Shown: piece by piece, positions 26,296-36,729 of the stretch
Layout of the letters: each line of letters begins with the position of its first letter
Position numbering within the stretch: position 1 is the first letter of the stretch
DNA from: Heteronotia binoei
Lineage: Eukaryota
Assembly: GCF_032191835.1 (NCBI RefSeq)
Contig: NC_083235.1
Span: 62,558,001-62,622,000, forward strand
DNA length: 64,000 bases
Direction of reading: 5' to 3'
The notes under the pieces: model-generated
Told to the model about the DNA's origin: nothing
Seen by the model: only the letters and a program-made list of their open reading frames with translations
Databases searched by the model: none
Program-made: the position numbers and the translations under genes

Positions 26296-27355
26296 CTGTA
26301 TAAAATTAAAGTCAAATTAAATAGGCAAAGTAAAGAATGCCCAGACAGCAACAGTTTAGCAATGGCTTCTAGAGCCCAAATATACGGCACTGGTAATCTA
26401 CAAACTCAGTCCCCACCTACCCCCAATTTTTCAAGCGTATCTGATGTGGTAATAAGCAAATATAACAAAATGAGTTTGCCTCTTCTGCTTTCATGCGAGG
26501 GTATCGTTTATACCTCTGTGAGCCACCTCTTTACTTTGACAGACTGAGCGAGATTAAAAATTAAACATCAATCTAGGATAAAGGTTTTATTCGCTTCTCT
26601 TCTCTTTCAAGACAAGCTGCAAAAGGTCTCAGGGGCGGGCTGTTAAAATCAACAAGCTATATCAGAGTCTGTCTGCCTACAATACAGAATTGGTCACATG
26701 CTGCCCCCCCCCCCCACAACTGGAAAGAAGTCCACACTTCAGTCCATGACTCCTTCAACACAGATGCTTTTCTGTCTACCAGCTGTTGCTCCTGGGAACG
26801 CAGAGACATTTGCAGGGGCAACAAACCATCATGCAAAAGTATTCTCTACCCCTTCCTTGCCTCAGGCCCTAAGAACCACCATTTCCTCATCTACACCACA
26901 GGGATTTTTAAAAAAAAATTGGAAATTGCTAGATCACTGTAGTGTTATAATGATCAATTGCCACAGCCTAACGTTAAGTCACTTCTGATTTAGGGCAACC
27001 TATGAATTAATGTTTTCCAAAACATCCTATCGTTAACAGCTTTGCTCAGGTCTTCCAAACTGAGGGCTCTGGCTTCCTTTAGGGAGTCAATCCACCTCTT
27101 TTCCTGCTGCACCCAGCCAGTAGGTCTTACTCCTTTTCACTGCAAAGCTGTAATGTGAAATGTGCAGCTTGTGCTTTAAAAAAAATAAAAACTGGGAACC
27201 AGCTAATCTTGGCAATAGGTTGTTCTGACATTCAAATGATCTAGCAATTCCCAAATTATGTTTAAAAATTGCCCCTCCCAGGCCTACTGGTGTGTGTGTA
27301 AGAGAAATGGTAGTCATGGTGGATTAAGGCAAAAAAGGGGGGGGGGGACTCCAGA

Positions 27356-27650
27356 GAGCCAGTTTGGTGCAGTGGTTAAGTGTGCGGACTCTTATCTGAG
27401 AGAACCGGGTTTGATTCCCCACTCCTTCACTTGCACCTGCTGGAATGGCCTTGGGTTAGCCATAGCTATCGCAAGAGTTGTCCTTGAAAGGGCAGCTGCT
27501 GTGAGAGCTCTCTCCAGCCCCATCCACCTCACAGGGTGTCTGTTGTGGGGGGAGAAGATAAAGGAGATTGGAAGCCGCTCTGAGTCTCTGATTCAGGGAG
27601 AAGGGCGGGGTATAAATCTGCAATTCTTCTTCTTCTTCTCCTTCTTCTTC
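27356..27650 (+). mobile_element. Squam3-like SINE
   Basis: Matches 20259-20542. Confidence 0.8.
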
Positions 27651-27883
27651 AATATGTTTGGAACAAAAAAAAAATCATATCATCCTGCCACATAGAGTCC
27701 AAAGGACTGCAAAAGGATTTTACAAAAAGACTGTACAAAACCAGGTCTGAGAAACATCCCAAAAAAATGAGAGAAAATACTGAAGCAAGACGGTGTCATG
27801 TACATGTTCCCAAAGCCAGTGCTACTTCAAGAGAGCCAAGGAGCATTGAAATATTAGTAAGAAACAGCCTGTGTCATGGATTA

Positions 27884-28560
<677 letters not shown>

Positions 28561-28822
28561 TCCCAACAAGATCTCATTTATGTCAGATCTGGCCTTCATA
28601 ACAAATGAGTTTGACACCCCTAACACAGAAGTAGGCTGGAGACACAGTGACAGAGTGGTGATTGATGAGTCGAAGCTAGAGTTATGGGAGACAGTACTTT
28701 CAAACGACACTAAGTGTGTGCGTTGCAACTGTAATAAGAATGTAAGATCCACACTACCTGGAAGGTACATTTAATTTCATAATGATTCTCTACCATTTTG
28801 TTTCCTGCGGTAATATATACAA

Positions 28823-29110
28823 GGAAAGGAAAGGTCCCCTGCGCAAGCACCAGTCGTTTCAGACTCTAGGGTGACGTTGCTCTCACAATGTTTTCACAGC
28901 AGACTTTTTTACAGGGTGGTTTGCCATTGCCTTCCCCAGTCATCTACACTTTCCCCCCCCCCAGCAAGCTGGGTACTCATTTTACCGACCTTGGAAGGAT
29001 GGAAGGCTGTGTCAATCTCGAGCCGGCTACCTGAAAACATTGAACTCAGGTCGTGAGCAGAGTTTAGGACGGCAGTACTGCAGCTTTAACACTCTGCTCC
29101 ACGGGGCTCT
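28823..29110 (-). mobile_element. Sauria SINE (Squam1-like)
   Basis: aaaggaaaggtcccctgcgcaagcacc...agctgggtactcattttaccgacc, the characteristic reverse-strand Sauria SINE sequence. Confidence 0.7.
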
Positions 29111-29428
29111 TCTACAAGAGGATTAAGGGCCCTTTTCATGACATGTAAGGAAATCATCTTAAGAATTAGAAGAAACAACTGCACAATGTTCAACTTCAAC
29201 AGTCACAGCAATTTTGTTGTGATACAGTCATAGCGACATTAAAAGCTGTCAGCTAAGCTTCCCCCCCCCCCAGCAGGGTTCCTTACTTCTTTTACTTGCA
29301 TAACAGCAAATGAAAGTTATCACTACACCGTTCTGCTAGGAAAATATTCTAGCACTGAATTTTTGTTGGTTGTATATTTTAGGCGCAAGAACATGGCATT
29401 TTAAAAACGTTGGCCATCCTAACCACAA

Positions 29429-29582
29429 AACATAGCAGTAAAACAGATTGTGAAAGCTGAGCCTTTTACCTGAAAATGAAAGAAGAAAACTACTGCTGCT
29501 TAGTTGAGGCAGCCCTGTCTGATGCTAAAGAGACTTTAGTGAAGTCTGCAGCTATAGCTTATGAGACAGCTCAGGAAATCAG
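29429..29582 (+). pseudogene. Duplicated fragment of the 14-3-3 pseudogene (copy of 33797-33950) in DCXR intron 2
   Basis: 154-bp ungapped match with 6 mismatches by eye; shares the same nonsense codon (GAA AGC TGA). Confidence 0.93.
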
Positions 29583-29682
29583 CTCAGGAAATCCAGCCTA
29601 GAAATAGCAGCTCTCCAGCAGCCCTGGCCTCACTCAATGCACAGCAGCCAAGAAGGTCAGAGCGCCTGCTCCAGCTGCAACG

Positions 29683-29723
29683 CCACTGAGGATGTTCTCC
29701 GCAGCCGAGAACGAAACCTCGGG
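29683..29723 (+). ncRNA. Degenerate hammerhead motif, first copy
   Basis: Core and helix II intact, but GAAACCUC-GGG replaces GAAACGUC-UGG, so the helix III palindrome and the helix I closing pair are lost. Confidence 0.55.
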
Positions 29724-30140
29724 AAGAAAAACTTTCTCCAGTAGAACATGGCACTTGAGCCCGAAAGATTCTACAAACCCTAATGATGTTACCAGCCGTG
29801 AAAACCTGAAAAGAAAGGAAGGTTTGGAAAATTCTTTTGAGATTTCAGGGTGGAATAGGGTTGCCAGGTCCAACTCAGGAAATATCTGGAGACTTTGAGG
29901 GTGGAGCCAGGAGACTTTGGGGGTGGAGCCAGGAACAAGATTGTTACCATTTGGTGTTCTGGCCATCACATTTAAAGAGACTCTGCTCCTTACAAATACC
30001 TTCCCTTCACCTTAAATAATGAAGGATAGGGGTACCTTCTTTTGGGTCTCATAGAACTGGACCTCCTGGTCCAATATTTTTGAAACTTGCGGGGGGGAGG
30101 GGAGGGCGGTTTGAGGAGAGCGCCTGCTCCGGCTGCAACG

Positions 30141-30181
30141 CCACTGAGGATGTTCTCCGCAGCCGAGAACGAAACGTCTGG
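30141..30181 (+). ncRNA. Minimal type I hammerhead ribozyme motif (PLE type), intact copy
   Basis: CCA-CUGAGGA-U-GUUCUC-CGCAGCC-GAGAAC-GAAA-CGUC-UGG. It has the core CUGANGA/GAAA, a perfect 6-bp helix II, a palindromic ACGU helix III and a 3-bp helix I (CCA/UGG); predicted cleavage after C30178 (GUC). Confidence 0.8.
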
Positions 30182-30619
30182 AAGAAAAACTTTCTCCAGT
30201 AGAACACGGCACTTGAGCCCGAAAGATTCTACAAACCCTAACGATGTTACCAGCCGTGAAAACCTGAAATCTTTGATAAAGAAAGAAAGGTTTGGAAAAT
30301 TCTTTTGAGATTTCAGGGTGGAATAGAGTTGCCAGGTCCAACTCAAGAAATATCTGGAGACTTTGAGGGTGGAGCCAGGAGACTTTGGGGGTGGAGCCAG
30401 GAGACTTTGGGGGTGGAGCCAGGAACAAGATTGTGACCATTTGGTGTTCTGGCCATCACATTTAAAGAGACTGCGCTCCTTATAAATACCTTCCCTTCAC
30501 CTTAAATAATGAAGGATGGGGGTACCTTCTTTTGGGGCTCATAGAACTGGACCTCCTGGTCCAATATTTTTGAAACTTGGGGGGGGGGGTTGAGGAGAGC
30601 GCCTGCTCCAGCTGCAACG

Positions 30620-30660
30620 CCCCTGAGGATGTTCTCCGCAGCCGAGAACGAAACGTCTGG
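30620..30660 (+). ncRNA. Minimal type I hammerhead motif, third copy (core intact, helix I closing pair mismatched)
   Basis: CCC-CUGAGGA-U-GUUCUC...GAGAAC-GAAA-CGUC-UGG; predicted cleavage after C30657. Confidence 0.7.
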
Positions 30661-30718
30661 AAGGAAAACTTTCTCCAGTAGAACACGGCACTTGAGCCCG
30701 AAAGATTCTACAAACCCT

Positions 30719-30780
30719 AATCAGTAATTATTGCATGGAATTTACTAATCCTTTGGCTGGGGCCCTGGATTACACTATGA
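30719..30780 (+). pseudogene. Continuation of the duplicated 14-3-3 fragment (copy of 33945-34006)
   Basis: aatcagtaattattgc...ggattacactatga, 3 mismatches; picks up where 29429-29582 stops, with aatcag present at both ends of the intervening insert. Confidence 0.9.
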
Positions 30781-30901
30781 TTCCACTCCGGGGCAAAGAG
30801 GCGGGAGGCCGGGTGTCTTGCAGGTGGCCAGAAAGGGGAAGGGGTGCCGGAAGGCTAGTGGCCGAAGGTCCAGTCGGGTGGGGGAGAGGCCTTGGCTGTA
30901 C

Positions 30902-30999
30902 CTCTTCCTGCAGGCAGTCGAGGTCCGCCTGGGTCCGGCTCAGCGCCACCACCTGTGCCCCGGCCCGGCTCAAGGCTGCAGCCACAGCTCGGCCGATCC
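30902..30999 (-). CDS. DCXR: DCXR exon 2 (IGRAVAAALSRAGAQVVALSRTQADLDCLQEE)
   Basis: ttgcag| acceptor, |gtacag donor, 98 bp. Confidence 0.95.
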
Positions 31000-31078
31000 C
31001 TGCAAAGGCAAGAGGAAGGAAGCGCGTGAAGGGGGCGTCCAGGCCCTTCGTCCCACCGTGCAGAGCCCCGTCCAATAC

Positions 31079-31127
31079 CTTTGCCCGCCCCGGTCACCAG
31101 AGCCCGGCGACCCACAAAACGCTCCAT
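31079..31127 (-). CDS. DCXR: DCXR exon 1 (MERFVGRRALVTGAGK G). Full CDS join (minus): 31127-31079, 30999-30902, 28039-27885, 26295-26253, 24410-24311, 23896-23832, 22790-22673, 21743-21640 = 732 bp, 243 aa, L-xylulose reductase (SDR family)
   Basis: SDR TGxxxGIG Rossmann motif spans exons 1-2; G|gtattg donor; 49 bp. Confidence 0.93.
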
Positions 31128-31406
31128 CCCGGCAGGCGGATTCTAAGACTCTATTCGCCTTCGGGGGTGGAAACGACACCGCGGCCAATCAGGCCAGCAG
31201 CTGCCCGCCCTTGCTGAAGAAACGCCCCCCTTTGGCCCCTCTCCGAATGGCCGCTTCCCTTCGCTTGATCGCGCATGGCGCAGACCGAGAAGCCACCCCG
31301 CGCTGAGCGACTCCCCTTGTTTTAACGCCGCCGGACCCGGAAAAGCATCTGATGCTACTGCCCAGCTTGCACCCAGCCTTCCTCATTCGTCCATCTCCTG
31401 TTGCCA

Positions 31407-31986
31407 TAGGGTTGCCAAGTCCAATTCAAGAAATATCTGGGGACTTTGGGGGTGGAGCCAGGAAACTTTGGGGGTGGAGCCAGGAAACTTTGGGGGTGGA
31501 GCCAGGAAACTTTGGGAGTGGAGCCAGGAAACTTTGGGGGGTGGAGCCAAGATCAAGGCTGTGACAAGCATAACTGAACTCCAAAGGGAGTTCTGGCCAT
31601 CACATTTAAAGGGAGGGCACACCTTTTCAATGCCTTCCTTCCATAGGAAATAATGAAGGATAGGGGCACCTTCTTTTGGGGCTCATAGAATTGGACCCCC
31701 TGGTCCAATCTTTTTAAAACTTGGGGGTTATTTTGGGGAGAGGCACTAGATGCTATACTGAAAATTTGCTGCCTCTACCCCAAAAAACAGCCCCTCCCCC
31801 CAGAGCCCCCAGATACCCACAGATCAATTCTCCATGATTTTCTATGGGACTAAATCTCCATAGGGAATAACAGAGTTCCCAGCAGACATTTCCCTTCCCT
31901 CCCCCCGCTTTCTGATGACTCTGAAGCGGGGGGAGGGTCTCCAACCCCGGGGATCCCCTGCCCCCACCTGGGGATTGGCAACCCTA
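31407..31986. mobile_element. hAT MITE with TAGGGTTGCC TIRs just upstream of DCXR
   Basis: Exact 8-bp TSD tgttgcca (31399-31406 and 31987-31994); about five internal 20-bp repeats. Confidence 0.88.
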
Positions 31987-32129
31987 TGTTGCCATCGGAT
32001 ACCGCCCCCCCCCCCCGGACTAATCTCTGAATATATCCCGGCAAAAGGATATCCTGACAATTATTTTTGCAGCCTAGGCTTGCCACCTCCAGCTCGTGAA
32101 ATCCCTGGAGATTTGGGGTGATGGAGGAG

Positions 32130-32530
32130 ATTGGCTTCATACCCCACCCTTCGCTCGGAGTCTCAGAGCAGTTTACAATCTCCTTTCCCTTCCCCTCCCC
32201 ACAACAGATATCTGTAAGGTTGGTGGGGCTGAGAGAGCTCTTTCAAGAACTGCTCTTGAGAGAACTGTTCTGCTGAAAGCTTGTGGCTGATCCAAGGTCA
32301 CACCAGCAGCTGCATGTGGAGTGGGGAATCAAACATTTTCATTTCATTTTATTTGATTTACAGACATCTGTAAGGTAGGTGGGGCTGAGAGAGCTCTTTC
32401 AAGAACTGCTCTTGAGAGAACTGTTCTGCTGAAAGCTTGTGGCTGATCCAAGGTCACACCAGCAGCTGCATGTGGAGCGGGGAATCAAACCCTGTTCTCC
32501 AGATTAGAGTCTATGCATTTAACCGCTACT
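32130..32530 (-). mobile_element. Squam3-like SINE with a ~130-bp internal direct duplication
   Basis: acaga(t/c)atctgtaagg...ggggaatcaaac at 32204 and 32360. Confidence 0.7.
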
Positions 32531-32821
32531 GTAGTGGCGCTACAACGAACTGGGTAGAGTTTGGTGAGATGAGAGAGCTAAGTGGGAATGTGATACCACA
32601 GAACCCATCCTCCAAAGCTGTTATTTTCTTCAGGGAAAGTGAGCTTTGTAACCTGGACATCACAGATCAGCTGTTATTCCAGGAGAACTAAAAGCCCCTC
32701 TTTGAGGCTGGAACTCTTATGCAGTTAGGTCTTAAGATGCGTTTCATTTTTAAAGATCCAGACCCTTCCTCCACCCCACAGAATTAGCATCTGTTTCATT
32801 AAAATCAGATCACATCACAGA

Positions 32822-33030
32822 GCCAGCATAGTGCAGTAAATAGGACTCGGATTGGGGATACTCAAGTTCCAATTCTTGTTCTGCTATGGAAGCCTGCTGG
32901 GTAACTTTGGGCCAGACATACAAACTCAGCCTAACCCACCTTAAAGGGATGTTGTGAATATAAAATGGCAGTGAAGACAATGACGTAAAATATTTTTGGT
33001 CCCTACTGGGGAGAAAGATGTATAAATTAA
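32822..33030 (+). mobile_element. Older tRNA-derived SINE (Squam3-like)
   Basis: Degenerate tRNA head and ccttaaagggatgttgtg core. Confidence 0.55.
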
Positions 33031-33479
33031 TCATTAGTGATGTCTGCTGCCAGAGATGAAACTTAAATGCCTGAGCTGTACTGTTTGTCTTCCACCCTTC
33101 ACCTTCCTCTTTCCCCCTTTCACCCCTCAAAGTAGAAGATGGAAGGTACCACTCAGTCTACTTTCTTACCAGTATACAGTACCAGCTTGTAACAGCTTAC
33201 TTGATGATCCCATAAACATAATTCTCTTAACCCACCGTGGATGGGATGACCCAGCGTAATGGGGTTTCTTATCTGGTTTGGTATTTTTTTACTGGCGTGT
33301 ATGATATTTTGCATGGCTGGAATGGAATAGGTTGGCTCTTCTACGATATTCCAGAACTTTCCAATAACATTCCATAACTTTCCTGTTCCTGTGGCAATAC
33401 TTGTTACCTACAACAGTCAGTATGAACCTTCCTCTGACCCATACAGGCCAGTCTGCAATCCTCGGTCTCTCCCTCTCAG

Positions 33480-34208
33480 TGCTGAGTTGCAAGCAGCTGG
33501 TGCAGGGAGAACAGCTGGCGGAACAATGTGGCAGATACACAGATACGGCTGCTGCCATGAAGCAGCTTGTGGTGGCAAGCAAGGATCCATTAACCCACTC
33601 AGAAAGGTCCTTGCTCTCTGAAGCCTATACATTCCTAATATGAGATTGCAGTGCCTCTTGCCATCAGCTAAGGCACTCTGGAACAGAGTGCTGGAAAACA
33701 GAAAGAGCAAGCCTGAGCCTATTGTGAGATCATTGAGGAGGAGCTGGAAGTTGACCGCTGGGAGAGTCTTAAGACTGTTAGACAATGCCCTATTGGAACA
33801 TAGCAGTGAGACAGATTATGAAAGCTGAGCCTTTTACCTGAAAATGAAAGAAGAAAACTACTGCTGCTTAGTTGAGGTAGCCCTGTCTGCTGCTAAAGAG
33901 ACTTTAGTGAAGTCTGCAGCTATAGCCTATGAGACAGCTCAGGAAATCAGTAATTATTGCATGGAATTTACTAATCCTTTAGCTCGGACCCTGGATTACA
34001 CTATGAGGCTGTCAACAACCCTCAACAGAGACAACTAGACACGCAAGGACTGCCTCCGCTAAAGCCATCGCTGCCCTGGAAAATTTCAGTCTAGAATACT
34101 ACAAGGAACCCACAATTATTATGTAGCACCTAAGGGGCATTATGCAGGGCACCAGTGACCCACCAACCACAGCAGGAGGAGAGTAGCGGGGAAGAGTTTG
34201 AAGACTAA
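33480..34208 (+). pseudogene. Decayed 14-3-3 gene, gamma/eta-like (YWHAG/YWHAH clade), coding region uninterrupted by introns
   Basis: Conceptual translation across frameshifts: KQLVQGEQLAEQCGRYTDTAAAMK...SERSLLSEAY; LLDNALLEHSSETDYES*AFYLKMK (gamma: [25 protein letters not shown]); ARTASAKAIAALENFSLEYYKEPTIIM*HLR; QQEESSGEEFED*. It has several in-frame stops, frameshifts and a deletion in the LALNYSVFYYE segment. Confidence 0.88.
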
Positions 34209-34475
34209 CATTGTCCTGAGCCGGCAATTAACAACAGTGAACAGAACCATGGGACCCAGTGATGGGTAGTTGTGTGCATTCATCCCGGTACCACATCCAT
34301 CCTCTCAGTGATTAAGATAGGTGCAGGTATCTTCTGTTTCTTAACGCCAAACCAGAAATAAAAGTCCCATTTCTCAAGCCCTTCAGCTCCACCTCTGTCG
34401 AGGTTTAGATCTTCCCGATCATCACCTGATGCTGGGGACTAGCAAGGCATGGACAGTGCTATAGGGGAGGGGAAA

Positions 34476-34752
34476 GCCAGTTTGGTGTAGTGGTTAAGTG
34501 TGCGGACTCTTATCTGGGAGAACCGGGTTTGATTCCCCACTCCTCCACTTGCACCTGCTGGCATGGCCTTGGGTCAGCCATAGCTCTGGCAGAGGTTGTC
34601 TTTGAAAGGGCAGCTGCTGTGAGAGCCCTCTCCAGCCCCACCCACCTCACAGGGTGTCTGTGGTGGGGGAGGAAGGTAACGGAGATTGTGAGCCGCTCTG
34701 AGACTCTTCGGAGTGGTATATAAATCCAATATCTTTTTCTTCTTCATCTTCT
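34476..34752 (+). mobile_element. Squam3-like SINE
   Basis: Matches 20259-20542. Confidence 0.8.
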
Positions 34753-36619
34753 ATCATGCCCTACCTGCTGATTGTCATGTGCCACCCATCTGGACCAGTC
34801 ACTGTCAAAACACAGAATGCAGTCTAACTGCCCTGCCGGATGGTCAGTGTCAGCATGATAATTCTATGATTTAAATAGAGATTCAGCCCTTTTTCACTGG
34901 AAGATGTTATTGGGGGAAAGACAGGAAGTAATATTCTACAGCCTAAACCCACAAGAATGCGGTAAGGAACCATGTAATACGGTACTTAATACAAGATGCT
35001 TGAGTAGACCCTAAGAGTTTAATGATCTTTCTCAGAAAGTTTGGCAAGAAATTCCCTTGTGGCATTATAGGTCAAATTCAGCACGGACAGCGGATGCACG
35101 TTAGTTGGCAAAACAGACTCACTTCTAGAAAAGTTTAATATTCTCTGGGGAAGAACTAAGATAGTTGTTAAGGCAATAAGTATAAACAGATAAGAAACAG
35201 TTTATAGTTAACATAAAAATAGATGTTGCAGGAATGCACTGAAGGTGGCTGTGTTGGCAAATTGGGGCATATGAACGACATAATAGACTCAGCACCCTTA
35301 TCATATAGCAAAAACTGGCGATCACCCATTACTGACTGTAGTACTTAGTTTATTTTTCCTGTGCCTTAAAATCATTCCCCGTCTTGTACCAATACCAATC
35401 AGACATCAAAACCTGCAACAGACTTAGTTCTTTATTGTCTTGTGCTGGGGTTTCAAAGGGCATCGTGTTAAGAAAAAGCTTATATTTAAGAAATTATACC
35501 CTGAAATTGCTAGGCTCATAAAATGTTACTGCAGTGCAGGATACATATGGCTGGCTTTCTCAAAGATGATAAGAAAAATATGTACTTCTAAAAATATTTA
35601 TTTGCTGAAAGGAGGATGGGAACTTCATGGGGAATGCTCTTGCATTGTTAGGCAGCTGAGGCTGCAACAGTCTCATCATGTACAAACACAATTCAACAGT
35701 CCAAATCAGTTGCTTTAGGTCAGTGCTCTGCACTAACGAAAAGCAGGTACACGCTACAGCTTAGAATGCTACACTATGTGCCAAAGAAACCAGGTTCTGC
35801 ATTGAAAATTAATCATGCAAATATGCCAAATTTGAGAATTTACTGAACTTCAATTTGGGGGGCTACGAATGGAGCAGTGGTGGTGAAAATGGAAGACGTA
35901 CAGCAGAATAATGGAAAGGGCAGGAAACAGGACATGGCGGAGAACACTGCACAGCAGGAGCTCTCCCGCACCCCCAAGACACATCCTGCCTTCCTGAAAC
36001 GTTTTGCACAGATGCACACTAACAATACATTTTCTTGCAATTGTGGGGTTTAAATTTGATATCAAAATCTACATTCCACTCTCATATCCACATGTATTAT
36101 AAAAGGCCCATGGCAAATATTCTGTTCCCAGTGTTGTCTCTAAGTGCCAATTGTAGCAACGTAAGAGATGCATCAGCTGTGGTGGGAGCACTCGACATGC
36201 GGATTGTACTACATGCTGATGCCGCCACAGGGACCAAAAGGAGTTGGAGTTATACTGTCAAACATCAGCGGACCAGCAAACATAATCACAACTGTTCCCT
36301 TGGGGCTTGCAACATGTGAGCACATCTGGCAGTCATGCTCCTCAGAGGTGCATTATGTACATAAGGCACAAAAACTGGAACAAAAAAACCAAAACAAACT
36401 TTAAGGCAATTATTTTAAGAACAGTTTCATTCCTTCTCCTTTGTCCAGAAGAGTGTGTGTATGTGTGTTGCTTCTTCAGAAAGGAGACTGGAAATTACAG
36501 AAGCTTATACCCTACCAGCTGTCAATATTTACCACTTCCTAAAAACAGCTCTTCAGCACATTTACCTTAAGACAGCTGGCACGTCTCATACAAATACATC
36601 ATATGTTCCAAATACATCC

Positions 36620-36729
36620 AACATGTTCCAAGCCTTTAAAATGGTTGTCTGCAGCTAATCATACGTGTATATATATATATATGCATATGATTAGCTGCAG
36701 ACAACCATTTTAAAGGCTTGGGACATGTT
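36620..36729. repeat. Near-perfect 110-bp palindrome centred on a TA run
   Basis: 44-bp arms (36620-36663 and 36686-36729) with one mismatch. Confidence 0.9.

Larger units (their letters stand above)
29583..30720 (+). repeat. Tandem array of two full units (458 and 479 bp) plus a truncated third; each unit is a PLE-like hammerhead module plus the 5' half of a hAT MITE
   Basis: Unit start gagcgcctgctcc at 29660, 30118 and 30597; MITE TIR tagggttgcc at 29856 and tagagttgcc at 30324. Confidence 0.92.
30790..31350. promoter_or_regulatory. GC-rich promoter/CpG island of DCXR with CCAAT and GC boxes
   Basis: CpG-rich; gccaatc at about 31184-31190 and ccgccc near 31204, just upstream of the ATG. 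Confidence 0.6.

Noticed and set aside
31441-31548. Short regularly spaced repeats (also the 54-bp and 82-bp arrays) as a possible CRISPR-like array
   Set aside because: No unique spacers, vertebrate context; these are simple tandem repeats.
33401-34038. 14-3-3-like ORFs as a functional gene
   Set aside because: Several in-frame stops, frameshifts, no initiator ATG at the homologous position, and a deletion in the conserved ligand-binding helix.
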